Source: Gammaproteobacteria bacterium
Lineage (GTDB): Bacteria > Pseudomonadota > Gammaproteobacteria > Steroidobacterales > Rariloculaceae
NCBI GenBank assembly: GCA_022825505.1
Contig: JAJDWR010000063.1
Span: forward strand, 161,611-225,610
Direction of reading: 5' to 3'
Length of the DNA stretch: 64,000 bases
Positions 27,409 through 36,221 of the stretch are shown one piece after another. A program made the translations under genes and the position numbers. The first letter of the stretch is position 1. Every line of letters begins with the position of its first letter. Below the pieces are notes generated by a model, which was given only the letters and a program-made list of their open reading frames with translations, was not told the origin of the DNA and did no database searches.

Positions 27409-28647
27409 ATGCGCGGAAAGCGTGACGACCAGAACCTCATTGTCGGCCTGGACATCGGCACGTCCAAGGTCGTGACCATCGTCGGCACGGTTACGCCTGC
27501 GGATACCGTCGAAGTCGTCGGGATCGGGATGACCCCGTCGCGGGGGCTCAAGCGCGGGATCGTGGTGGATATCGAATCCACGGTCGAGTCCATCCGCCGC
27601 GCCGTGGAAGAAGCCGAATTGATGGCGGGCTGCGAGATCAACGACGTATACGCCGGTATCGCCGGCGGCCATGTTCGCAGCCTCAACTCCCACGGCATCG
27701 TTGCCATCACGGACAAGGAAGTCACGTCATTCGACGTGGAGCGGGTCATCGATGCCGCCCGGGCCGTGGCGATTCCCGCCGACCAGAAGCTGCTGCACGT
27801 GCTGCCGCAGGAATTCCTGGTGGATTCGGAAGTGGGGATTCGCGTACCCATCGGCATGTCGGGCGTGCGCCTGGAGGCGAAGGTCCACCTGGTCACCGGC
27901 GCGGTAAGCGCTGCGCAAAACATCGTCAAGTGCATTCAGCGATGCGGACTGGATGTAAGGGACCTGGTGCTGGAGCAACTGGCGTCCAGCTACGCCGTGC
28001 TCACCGAGGACGAGAAGGAACTCGGCATCTGCCTGCTGGACATCGGCGGCGGCACCTCCGATATCGCGGTGTTCTGCGGCGGTGCGATTCAGCACACGGC
28101 GGTGATACCCATCGCGGGGGCGCAGGCGACCAACGATATCGCCGTTTCGCTGCGCACGCCGACGCTGCATGCCGAGGAGATCAAGATCAGGTACGCCTGC
28201 GCGCTGTCGCAGTTGGCCAATCCCGACGAGACGATCGAGGTGCCCAGCGTCGGCGACCGCCCCCCGCGGCGGCTGGCACGGCAGACACTCGCGGAAGTGG
28301 TCGAGTCCCGCTATGAGGAACTCTTTACCCTGGTACACGACGAACTTCGCCGCTCCGGATACGAGGAAATGATCGCGGCGGGCGTTGTCCTTACGGGCGG
28401 CAGCGCCAAGATGGAAGGCGCCGTCGAACTCGCGGAGGAAATATTTCACGTGCCCGTCCGGCTCGGCGTTCCCCAGTACGTGGAAGGCCTGGCGGACGTG
28501 GTGCGCAACCCCATTCACGCCACCGGCGTCGGGCTGTTGCTCTATGCCAGGGAAGCCGCGCACGGGCGGGCCGACGGAGTGGTGGCGAAGGCGAAGGACC
28601 CCGGCATGCTGGGAAAGATGAAGACATGGGTTCAGGGGCAATTCTAG
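27409..28647 (+). CDS. ftsA: cell division protein FtsA
   Basis: Actin-fold motifs VGLDIGTSKV and LDIGGGTSDIAVF. C-terminal amphipathic tail MLGKMKTWVQGQF. Confidence 0.95.
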   Translation: MRGKRDDQNLIVGLDIGTSKVVTIVGTVTPADTVEVVGIGMTPSRGLKRGIVVDIESTVESIRRAVEEAELMAGCEINDVYAGIAGGHVRSLNSHGIVAITDKEVTSFDVERVIDAARAVAIPADQKLLHVLPQEFLVDSEVGIRVPIGMSGVRLEAKVHLVTGAVSAAQNIVKCIQRCGLDVRDLVLEQLASSYAVLTEDEKELGICLLDIGGGTSDIAVFCGGAIQHTAVIPIAGAQATNDIAVSLRTPTLHAEEIKIRYACALSQLANPDETIEVPSVGDRPPRRLARQTLAEVVESRYEELFTLVHDELRRSGYEEMIAAGVVLTGGSAKMEGAVELAEEIFHVPVRLGVPQYVEGLADVVRNPIHATGVGLLLYAREAAHGRADGVVAKAKDPGMLGKMKTWVQGQF

Positions 28648-28698
28648 GAATTTTGGACAAATCGACAAAATCATTCGGTTTCATGAAGGAGCGGTGCA

Positions 28699-29856
28699 AT
28701 GTTTGAACTTATGGACGGTTACAGCGAATCGGCGGTCATCAAGGTGATCGGCGTCGGTGGCGGTGGCGGCAACGCTGTCACGCACATGATGCAGGCCGGT
28801 ATCGAGGGCGTGGATTTCATCTGCGCCAACACCGATGCCCAGGCGCTGAAACGGGCACGGGTCAAGACCGGAATCCAGATCGGCTGCAACATTACCAAGG
28901 GACTGGGCGCCGGAGCCAATCCGGAGATCGGACGCCAGGCTGCCATGGAGGACCGCGACCGCCTGCAGGAAGTCGTTCAGGGCGCCGACATGCTGTTTAT
29001 CACCGCGGGCATGGGCGGAGGCACCGGCACGGGTGCAACGCCCGTGGTCGCGCAGTTGGCCAAGGAACTCGGGATCCTGACGGTCGCCGTGGTGACGAAA
29101 CCGTTCGAATGGGAAGGGCGCAAGCGGATGAGCGTCGCCGAACAGGGCATCGCCGAACTGGGACGCCACGTGGATTCCCTGATCACCATTCCCAACCAGA
29201 AGTTGCTGACCGTGCTTGGCTCGGATACGACCTTGCTGGATGCCTTCGGCACCGCCAACGAAGTGCTCCAGGGAGCCGTGCAGGGGATTGCCGAGCTGAT
29301 CACGCGTGAGGGGTTGATCAACGTGGACTTTGCCGACGTGCGCACCGTGATGTCGGAAATGGGCATGGCGATGATCGGCGCGGGCAGCGCCAGCGGAGAG
29401 GGACGGGCCCGCAAGGCTGCCGATGCGGCTATCTCCAGCCCGCTGCTGGAGGACATCAATCTCGCCAATGCCAACGGCGTGCTGGTCAACGTGACCTCCG
29501 GTCCCGATCTGCAGATCGGCGAGTTCCAGGAGGTCGGCGAGACCATCAAGCAGTTCGCCTCCGAGGATGCGACGGTGGTCGTGGGGACGGTGGTCGATCC
29601 CGACATGAGCGAGGAACTGCGTGTCACCGTGGTCGCTACCGGACTGGGCCGGTCCGCCACCGTACTGCAGAGTGCTCCGCAGGCGCGTCCGGCACGCCAG
29701 CCACGCACGCCGGGCCCGGGTCCGGTCGACTATTCGCAACTGGAGCAGCCCTCAGTGGCTCGCAAGAAGGCTGTGGGAGACGATGTGGAAGCACCGGCGG
29801 ACGACATGCAGCAACTGCTGGATATCCCGGCGTTTCTGCGCCGCCAGGCCGACTAG
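28699..29856 (+). CDS. ftsZ: cell division GTPase FtsZ
   Basis: Tubulin signature GGGTGTGA (AGMGGGTGTGATPVVA). NTDAQAL. C-terminal conserved peptide DIPAFLRRQAD. Confidence 0.95.
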   Translation: MFELMDGYSESAVIKVIGVGGGGGNAVTHMMQAGIEGVDFICANTDAQALKRARVKTGIQIGCNITKGLGAGANPEIGRQAAMEDRDRLQEVVQGADMLFITAGMGGGTGTGATPVVAQLAKELGILTVAVVTKPFEWEGRKRMSVAEQGIAELGRHVDSLITIPNQKLLTVLGSDTTLLDAFGTANEVLQGAVQGIAELITREGLINVDFADVRTVMSEMGMAMIGAGSASGEGRARKAADAAISSPLLEDINLANANGVLVNVTSGPDLQIGEFQEVGETIKQFASEDATVVVGTVVDPDMSEELRVTVVATGLGRSATVLQSAPQARPARQPRTPGPGPVDYSQLEQPSVARKKAVGDDVEAPADDMQQLLDIPAFLRRQAD

Positions 29857-29974
29857 TGCTCTATCCGACTGATCGTTGCGCATCGGTGGCAGCAGGTCCG
29901 GTTGCCGCTGCAGCGGGCGCTGTGCTAGTGTTTTTCTTCCTTTTTTCCGGCCTCCACAGGTCCGGGAGCCGGGC

Positions 29975-30886
29975 TTGAAGCAGCGCACTCTCAAATCGTC
30001 GGTACGCACCACGGGTATCGGACTGCATGGCGGCGGCAAGGTCTACATGAACCTGCGGCCGGCGCCGGCGAACTCGGGCATCACGTTTCGACGGGTCGAC
30101 CTGGACGAGCCGGTGGCCATTCCCGCGCACGCCCTGAATGTCACCCGCACGACACTCGGTACGACGCTCGAAAACCGGGGCGCCAGGGTCTCGACGGTGG
30201 AACACCTGATGGCGGCCCTGGCCGGGTTGGGAGTGGACAACGCCTTCGTCGACCTCACGGCCGGGGAAGTCCCGATCATGGACGGCAGCTCGGCGCCATT
30301 CGTGTTCCTGCTGCAGTCGGCGGGCATCGAAGAGCAGAATGCTCCGAAGCGCTTTATCCGTATCCGCAAGCCGGTGGAAGTCAGGGAAGACGACAAGTGG
30401 GTGCGGCTGGCGCCCCACAATGGTTACCGTCTGAACCTGGAGATCGACTTCGATCACCCGGTGCTGCGCCGCCGCAGGCAGCACGCAAGCCTGGATTTCT
30501 CCACGGCATCGTTCATGAAGGAGATCAGCCGCGCGCGAACGTTCGGCTTCCTTTCCCAGATCGAGTCCCTGCGGGAGCGCAATCTCACCCTGGGAGGCAG
30601 CATGGACAGCGCCGTGGTGATGGACGACTACCGCGTGCTCAACGAAGACGGCCTGAGGTTCCACGACGAATTCGTCCGCCACAAGATCCTGGACGCGGTG
30701 GGCGACCTGTACCTCGTGGGCGGCTGCTTCATCGGCGAATTTTCCGGCTACAAGTCAGGCCACCTCCTGAACAATCGGCTGGTGCGTGCGCTGCTGGAGC
30801 GGCGCGACGCCTGGGAAGAGGTCGAGTTCAACGATCCGCGGCGCTCGCCCGTGTCTTACCGGCGGGTGCCGGTCAGAGCCGGCTGA
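29975..30886 (+). CDS. lpxC: UDP-3-O-acyl-N-acetylglucosamine deacetylase LpxC
   Basis: TTG at 29975 (GGGAG 6 nt upstream) gives (M)[22 protein letters not shown], parallel to E. coli [39 protein letters not shown] is present. Confidence 0.9.
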   Translation: MKQRTLKSSVRTTGIGLHGGGKVYMNLRPAPANSGITFRRVDLDEPVAIPAHALNVTRTTLGTTLENRGARVSTVEHLMAALAGLGVDNAFVDLTAGEVPIMDGSSAPFVFLLQSAGIEEQNAPKRFIRIRKPVEVREDDKWVRLAPHNGYRLNLEIDFDHPVLRRRRQHASLDFSTASFMKEISRARTFGFLSQIESLRERNLTLGGSMDSAVVMDDYRVLNEDGLRFHDEFVRHKILDAVGDLYLVGGCFIGEFSGYKSGHLLNNRLVRALLERRDAWEEVEFNDPRRSPVSYRRVPVRAG

Positions 30887-30904
30887 CCCGAATTTCCCCC
30901 GATC

Positions 30905-32224
30905 GTGCGGCGAGTGCGCGTGCAGGCATCCCGCGCGCGGTGGTATGCCGTATCGATCTTCTTTCTCGCCTACCTGATCTCGATCGTCGACCGGCAGCTC
31001 CTGTCCTTGCTGCTGGTGCCCATTCAGAACGACCTGCAGGTCAGCGATACGTTGATGAGCACCCTGCACGGGTTCACGTTCGCGTTCTTCTATTCCGTCA
31101 TGGGGCTGCCGATCGCGCGGATGATCGATGGGGGCAACCGGCGCCTGATCATCAGTCTCGGCATCCTGGTGTGGAGTCTCGCCACGGCAAGTTGCGGGCT
31201 GGCAACGGAATTCTGGCACCTGCTCATCGCCAGAACACTGGTCGCGACGGGAGAGGCCGCGTTGCTGCCGGGCGCCTGTTCGATCATCGCGGATTTCTTC
31301 GCGCCCAACGAGCGCGGCAAGGCGATGGGGATCTTCAGCTCCGGCGGCACGTTCGGCAACTCGTTGTCGATGTTGGCCGGGGGCGTACTGTTTGCGGCAT
31401 TTTCCGGCATTGACCTGGCGCTGCCATTTTTCGGGCGCCCTGAAACCTGGCAGCTGGTTTTCGTCGTGATCGGCCTGCCCGGCATCGCTGTAGCCGCGCT
31501 GGTGCTTACGATCCGGACGCCAGAGCGAAGATCGGCGTCCGGCAACGCCGGGGTTCCCCTGGCCGTTGTCTTCCGGTATTTCAGCGAGAACCGGTTCAGT
31601 TATACCCTTACGATCACGGGGATCAGTTTCTACTTCGCTGCGATGCTTGCGTACCTCGCATGGACACCGACGCTGTTGATCCGCAATCACGCGCTGGAAG
31701 TAGGGCAGGCCGGGCGGATTTATGGCCTGGTTCTGCTCTTCCTGGGTCCCGCGGGCACCTTTCTGTGGGGCTGGCTCGCCGACTGGATGCAGAGAAGCAG
31801 GGGCCGGACCGACAGCAAGATTCTGTGCACGATCATTGCCTGCCTGGGGATGATCGTTCCCGGCATTGCCTACCCGTTGATGGACAACCTGTCCGTGGCG
31901 GTCCTGCTCATGTCCGTGTTCGTGTTTTTCGCTTCGGCTCCGTTGGGAACCGCGCCCGCCAGCATCCAGGACATGACGCCTGCGCCGATGCGGGGGCAGG
32001 CGACCGCGCTTTACACCGGCATATTGAATATCATCGGTTTTGGCGTGGGACCGCTGCTGGTTGCCCTGTTTACGGACAACCTGTTTGCGGACCCCGGGCT
32101 TCTCGGGTTTTCCATGGTCATCGTGCTGGTGGCATCCACGTTGATTGCCATTGGTTGTCTCGGCGCGAACTGCGCGGCCTATCGGTCGACCGTGGCCGTT
32201 TGCGAGCGCTGGAAAGCGGAGTAG
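30905..32224 (+). CDS. MFS transporter
   Basis: About 12 predicted hydrophobic helices. MFS loop 2-3 motif GLPIARMIDGGNRRLI. Second-half helices follow. GTG start; the start codon is uncertain. Confidence 0.7.
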   Translation: MRRVRVQASRARWYAVSIFFLAYLISIVDRQLLSLLLVPIQNDLQVSDTLMSTLHGFTFAFFYSVMGLPIARMIDGGNRRLIISLGILVWSLATASCGLATEFWHLLIARTLVATGEAALLPGACSIIADFFAPNERGKAMGIFSSGGTFGNSLSMLAGGVLFAAFSGIDLALPFFGRPETWQLVFVVIGLPGIAVAALVLTIRTPERRSASGNAGVPLAVVFRYFSENRFSYTLTITGISFYFAAMLAYLAWTPTLLIRNHALEVGQAGRIYGLVLLFLGPAGTFLWGWLADWMQRSRGRTDSKILCTIIACLGMIVPGIAYPLMDNLSVAVLLMSVFVFFASAPLGTAPASIQDMTPAPMRGQATALYTGILNIIGFGVGPLLVALFTDNLFADPGLLGFSMVIVLVASTLIAIGCLGANCAAYRSTVAVCERWKAE

Positions 32225-32227
32225 AGA

Positions 32228-33283
32228 ATGAACAGCGGCGTTGTGCGTTCTGTTGCCGTCAGGGGGGAGCGGGTGGTCGATCCGGCGGCGTGGTCTGCGG
32301 GGGACCTCGCCGGGAATGACGACTGGATTGTGCGTATCGATCACCGCGACTTCGCGGACCTGCGCGACATGGCCGCGAAGTTCCGGCGACGGAATGGCGA
32401 GGATGCGAACCGGCTGCTCGACAGCGGCCGCAGCGACTTCGATCTCGGCAGGTTCAACCGCAAGATCGAGTCGATTGCCCACGATCTGAAGGATGGCAAG
32501 GGACTGGTCCTGGTCCGGGGGCTGCCCGTCGACCGGCTTGAACCTGTCGATATCGCGATCATCTACTGGGCGGTGGGCCTGCACCTTGGCATACCCGCGT
32601 CCAATAATCCCGATGGCGACATGATCGGACATGTGACCGACCTGGGCGGGGACATCAGCCATCCCAAACAACGCGGCTATCAGACCCGTGTGACGATGGA
32701 CTACCACAACGACCAGGCCAACGTGGTGGGACTGCTGTGCATCCAGACGGCGAAGCACGGCGGGGAGTCCAAGGTGGTCAGTTCGATATCGGTCTACAAC
32801 GAATTGATCCGGCGCCGCCCGGGCCTGCTCGACACGCTTTGCGGGGATTTCTGCTGGAGCATGATGGGAGAAGTGGACGAGGACCAGCTTCCCTACTACA
32901 CAAGCCCGATTTTCAACTTCATCGACGGCTACCTGTGTACGTCGTTCGGGCCCGACCACATCAGAAAGGGTCACAATCTTCCTGAAACGCCGGACATGAC
33001 GCCCAGTCAGTCCGAGTCGATCCGGGTCGTGGAAGACATCTGCGAAGACCTTCACTATGCGATGGAACTGGAATCGGGCGACATGCAGTTCCTCAACAAC
33101 ATGGTTGCGCTGCATACCCGCAACGGCTTTGAAGACTGGTCCGAGCCGGAAAGAAAGCGGCTGCTCTGGCGCCTGTGGCTGAATGTGCCGGGAATCCGGC
33201 CGCTGACCCCGTTCATGGAACACTGGCGCACGGGGCTGTTGCTCAGGGGCACGGAGCCGAGGATCAACCTTACGCCGGGTTGA
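32228..33283 (+). CDS. TauD/TfdA-family Fe(II)/2-oxoglutarate-dependent dioxygenase
   Basis: HxD facial-triad candidate in MDYHNDQ. Distal His/Arg lie in NNMVALHTRNGF and RLLWRLW. Size and layout are typical of the TauD/TfdA clavaminate-synthase-like fold. GGAG precedes the ATG, and the gene starts 3 nt after the MFS stop. Confidence 0.65.
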   Translation: MNSGVVRSVAVRGERVVDPAAWSAGDLAGNDDWIVRIDHRDFADLRDMAAKFRRRNGEDANRLLDSGRSDFDLGRFNRKIESIAHDLKDGKGLVLVRGLPVDRLEPVDIAIIYWAVGLHLGIPASNNPDGDMIGHVTDLGGDISHPKQRGYQTRVTMDYHNDQANVVGLLCIQTAKHGGESKVVSSISVYNELIRRRPGLLDTLCGDFCWSMMGEVDEDQLPYYTSPIFNFIDGYLCTSFGPDHIRKGHNLPETPDMTPSQSESIRVVEDICEDLHYAMELESGDMQFLNNMVALHTRNGFEDWSEPERKRLLWRLWLNVPGIRPLTPFMEHWRTGLLLRGTEPRINLTPG

Positions 33284-33457
33284 TGTCAGTCGGAGCCGGC
33301 GCCTCGTTCTTGGCCATCCATGACCCCGCGCCGCGCCCAAAACGTGCGCAAGGACCGCTCGCACTTGCCCTCGCACTCAACGCCTGGGCAAGCCGGTACG
33401 TGCTGTAGACTATGATGCCGTTGTCATGTCTCGGGCGGCGTTAACAGGCCCCAAGCT

Positions 33458-34339
33458 GTGGAAATTCCGGAACTCTCGCCTTGGTTGGCCATGACGTTTG
33501 CCGGCCTGACGGGCTTGGTCGTCGGCAGCTTTCTCAACGTCGTCGCGCACCGTCTGCCCATCATGATGGAACGGGCATGGCGGCGGCAGTGTGCGGAACT
33601 AGCCCGCGAACCCGCGCCTTCGATGCCCGCGGCGGATACCGCGTTCAACCTCTGGATGCCGCGCTCGTCCTGTCCCGGCTGCGGCGCCGCGATCGCCGTC
33701 CGGCACAACATCCCCGTGCTCGGTTACGCCATGTTGCGCGGCCTTTGCGCCCGCTGCGGTACGGGCATTTCGCTGCGCTATCCGTTAGTGGAGGCGGCTG
33801 GCGCCGTCCTTGCCGTGCTGGTCGTCTGGGTGCTCGGACCCACCTGGCAGGCGGCCGCGGCGTTGCCCTTCGCCTGGACTCTGCTGGCGTTGTCCGTCAT
33901 CGACCTGGAACGGCAGCAGCTGCCCGACGCGCTGACACTGCCGCTGCTGTGGGGAGGGCTTCTCCTCAGCCTGATCCGGATCGACGGCGGCGTTGTTTTT
34001 TCGGACGTGGGCTCGAGCGTGATCGGCGCCGCAGCCGGCTATCTCGTTCTCTGGGCCGTGTATCAGGCATTCAGGCTGGCCACGGGCAAGGAGGGGATGG
34101 GCTATGGCGACTTCAAGCTGCTCGCAGCCCTGGGCGCCTGGCTCGGGTGGCAGTCGCTGCCGCTGATCATTCTGCTGTCCGCAAGCACCGGCGCGGTCGT
34201 CGGCATCGCGGGTGTATTTTTTCTCGGCCGTTCACGCCATGTACCCATCCCTTTTGGGCCGTTCCTGGCCGCCGCGGGGATGGTGACGTTGCTGTGGGGG
34301 GAGGCTTTGGCCGGTCGATATGTGCAATGGTTCCTGTAG
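33458..34339 (+). CDS. pilD: prepilin peptidase / N-methyltransferase PilD
   Basis: The N-terminal Cys-rich methyltransferase region has CPGCG...CARCG. The A24 peptidase motif GMGYGDFKLLAALGAWLG is present. GTG start. Confidence 0.85.
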   Translation: MEIPELSPWLAMTFAGLTGLVVGSFLNVVAHRLPIMMERAWRRQCAELAREPAPSMPAADTAFNLWMPRSSCPGCGAAIAVRHNIPVLGYAMLRGLCARCGTGISLRYPLVEAAGAVLAVLVVWVLGPTWQAAAALPFAWTLLALSVIDLERQQLPDALTLPLLWGGLLLSLIRIDGGVVFSDVGSSVIGAAAGYLVLWAVYQAFRLATGKEGMGYGDFKLLAALGAWLGWQSLPLIILLSASTGAVVGIAGVFFLGRSRHVPIPFGPFLAAAGMVTLLWGEALAGRYVQWFL

Positions 34340-34378
34340 GGTCCGAAACTCCATTGCATGCTGCACGATGAGGGCGCG

Positions 34379-34966
34379 ATGTACAGAGTCGGACTGACCG
34401 GCGGAATCGCCAGCGGCAAGACGGCCGTGGCGGATATTTTCGACAGCCTGGGCGCGGGCATCGTCGATACCGACCGGGTGGCGCGGGAGGTGGTCGCTCC
34501 GGGGCAGCCCGGGCTCGAAGCGGTACGCGGTGAATTTGGAGAAAGTGTGATACGCGCATCCGGCAAACTTGACCGCCGTGCGATGCGAGAGTTGGTTTTT
34601 GCCGATCCGCAGGCACGCCGGCGACTGGAATCGCTGCTGCACCCCCTCATCCGTGCCCGCACGATGGAAGCGCTTGAACTGGTTCGGGCGCCCTACGCTG
34701 TCGCGGTCGTCCCCCTCCTGGTCGAGACCGGATTCGGAGAGCTGGTGGATCGCGTCGCCGTAGTGGATTGCCCCCGCGCGGTCCGGCTCGAACGCCTGAT
34801 GGCTCGCGACGGCATGGACCGCGAACAGGCAGAGTCCATGCTGAACGCCCAGGTGGACCGCCAGACCCGACTGGCGGCAGCGGACGATGTCATCGACAAT
34901 GGCGGCAGCCGGTCGTCGACACGCCGCCAGGTGCAGCGATTGCACGTCCTCTACCAGCGCATGTAG
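34379..34966 (+). CDS. coaE: dephospho-CoA kinase
   Basis: MYRVGLTGGIASGKTAVADIF (P-loop) starts at the internal ATG of ORF 34358..34966. It follows pilD as in Pseudomonas pilBCD-coaE. Confidence 0.85.
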   Translation: MYRVGLTGGIASGKTAVADIFDSLGAGIVDTDRVAREVVAPGQPGLEAVRGEFGESVIRASGKLDRRAMRELVFADPQARRRLESLLHPLIRARTMEALELVRAPYAVAVVPLLVETGFGELVDRVAVVDCPRAVRLERLMARDGMDREQAESMLNAQVDRQTRLAAADDVIDNGGSRSSTRRQVQRLHVLYQRM

Positions 34967-35009
34967 CAGCCCGTTTGCTCAACTTGGCAATCTCACGCAA
35001 AATAGCCCG

Positions 35010-35813
35010 ATGGCAGACTTTTCCAGCAAGTCGCCGGAGGTTGACGCGCCAGAACAGCTAATGGAGTTCGAGCATCCGCTCACGGAGAGAATAAGAACCT
35101 TCCTCAGGATAGAGCTCCTTAACCAGCAAGCCTGTTTTCACGCCGACGACACTTCCGAACTGGGTGCGCGGGCCGCGCTGACGAGCCTGCTGGATATCCT
35201 CAATCTCTTCAGGCGGGGCGATGTCCGCATGGAGGTGATCAAGGAGCTCGAACTGCAGCGCCAGATTCTGGCCTCGTACATCCGCGAACCGGACGTCGAC
35301 CATGAACTGCTCGAGGGCAACCTGGAGAACATCAAGGAACTGCAGTCGAGGATCGGCGACTCCGGTACCGTGTTCCTCAACCTGCTCAAGGAATCTCACT
35401 TCCTCTTCAACATCAACCACCGCAGTTCGATCCCCGGCGGCACTTGCATGTTCGACCTGCCGGACTACGGCTACTGGCTGAAACTTCCCTACGAGGTGCG
35501 CAGCGAACAGTACCAGGCCTGGCTGGAGAGTTTTTCCCCCATCAGCGACGCGGTCGGCCACATCCTCTGGCTCATCCGCCAGACCAGCCAGCCATTGGAA
35601 CGCACGGTCGAGTCGGGCATGTACCAGACCAACCTGGCGGGCGATGCCCGCCCGCGCCTGATCCGCGTCATTCTGCCGGTGGCCGGGGGCATTTATCCGG
35701 AGATCAGCGCCGGCAAGCAGCGCTTCACCCTTCGCTTCGTGCACTGGCGCGGCACGGACGTGCGCCCGGTGCAGGTTCAGGACCCGGTCACGTTCCTACT
35801 CGCGTTGTGCTGA
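35010..35813 (+). CDS. zapD: cell division protein ZapD (YacF)
   Basis: MEFEHPLTERIRTFLRIELLNQQ parallels E. coli ZapD [23 protein letters not shown]. It follows coaE as in E. coli. The start is either ATG 35010 or ATG 35061. Confidence 0.7.
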   Translation: MADFSSKSPEVDAPEQLMEFEHPLTERIRTFLRIELLNQQACFHADDTSELGARAALTSLLDILNLFRRGDVRMEVIKELELQRQILASYIREPDVDHELLEGNLENIKELQSRIGDSGTVFLNLLKESHFLFNINHRSSIPGGTCMFDLPDYGYWLKLPYEVRSEQYQAWLESFSPISDAVGHILWLIRQTSQPLERTVESGMYQTNLAGDARPRLIRVILPVAGGIYPEISAGKQRFTLRFVHWRGTDVRPVQVQDPVTFLLALC

Positions 35814-36221
35814 CAGGGCTTCGACCAGCGGCAGGTCGGCGGGCAGCAACGGCAACGTGAGAAGATTCTCCGGAGCCACCCACTTCAGCGCCTGCCCTTC
35901 CCGGGCACTGGGTTCACCCTCGAACCGATCGACCCGCCACAGTTCGAGGTGCACGCACCGGTCCGGGTAGCGATGCGTGAGTTCTGCCATGAATTCCGCG
36001 CCACGCACCGCGATTCCCAGTTCTTCGCGCAGCTCGCGTTCGAGGGCGCGGCGGGGTCCTTCGCCCGGGCGGCGCTTGCCCCCCGGAAACTCCCAGTAGC
36101 CCTCCATGTGGGTGCCCGCCCGGCGCTGGCCCACCAGTACGCGGCCGGAAGCATCGGTGATCAGCCCCGCCACCACGTCTACCTGCGCTTGCGGCGACCG
36201 GGCGGTGGCCGTTCGGGTCAA
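35796..36221 (-). CDS. mutT: 8-oxo-dGTP diphosphatase MutT (Nudix hydrolase)
   Basis: Nudix box [24 protein letters not shown]. It lies directly downstream of secA as in E. coli. The proposed TTG start (complement 36219-36221) overlaps the secA stop as TTGA. The ORF-track start at 36272 would overlap secA by 55 nt. Confidence 0.7.
   Translation of the reverse strand: MTRTATARSPQAQVDVVAGLITDASGRVLVGQRRAGTHMEGYWEFPGGKRRPGEGPRRALERELREELGIAVRGAEFMAELTHRYPDRCVHLELWRVDRFEGEPSAREGQALKWVAPENLLTLPLLPADLPLVEALSAQRE

Noticed and set aside
29857-29974. Intrinsic terminator between ftsZ and lpxC (palindrome CCGCTGCAGCGG followed by a T-rich run)
   Set aside because: The palindrome has no loop and only a short effective stem, and the T-run is interrupted and 15-20 nt away. 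It is too weak to call. It may still attenuate transcription, but I cannot support that from sequence alone.
30755-33376. 873-aa minus-strand ORF, the longest unexplained ORF in the track, spanning the MFS and TauD-like genes
   Set aside because: The translation is Arg/Gly/Pro/His-rich low complexity with no recognisable fold. It is exactly antisense to two ORFs that have clear family signatures. Long stop-free antisense frames are expected in GC-rich DNA.
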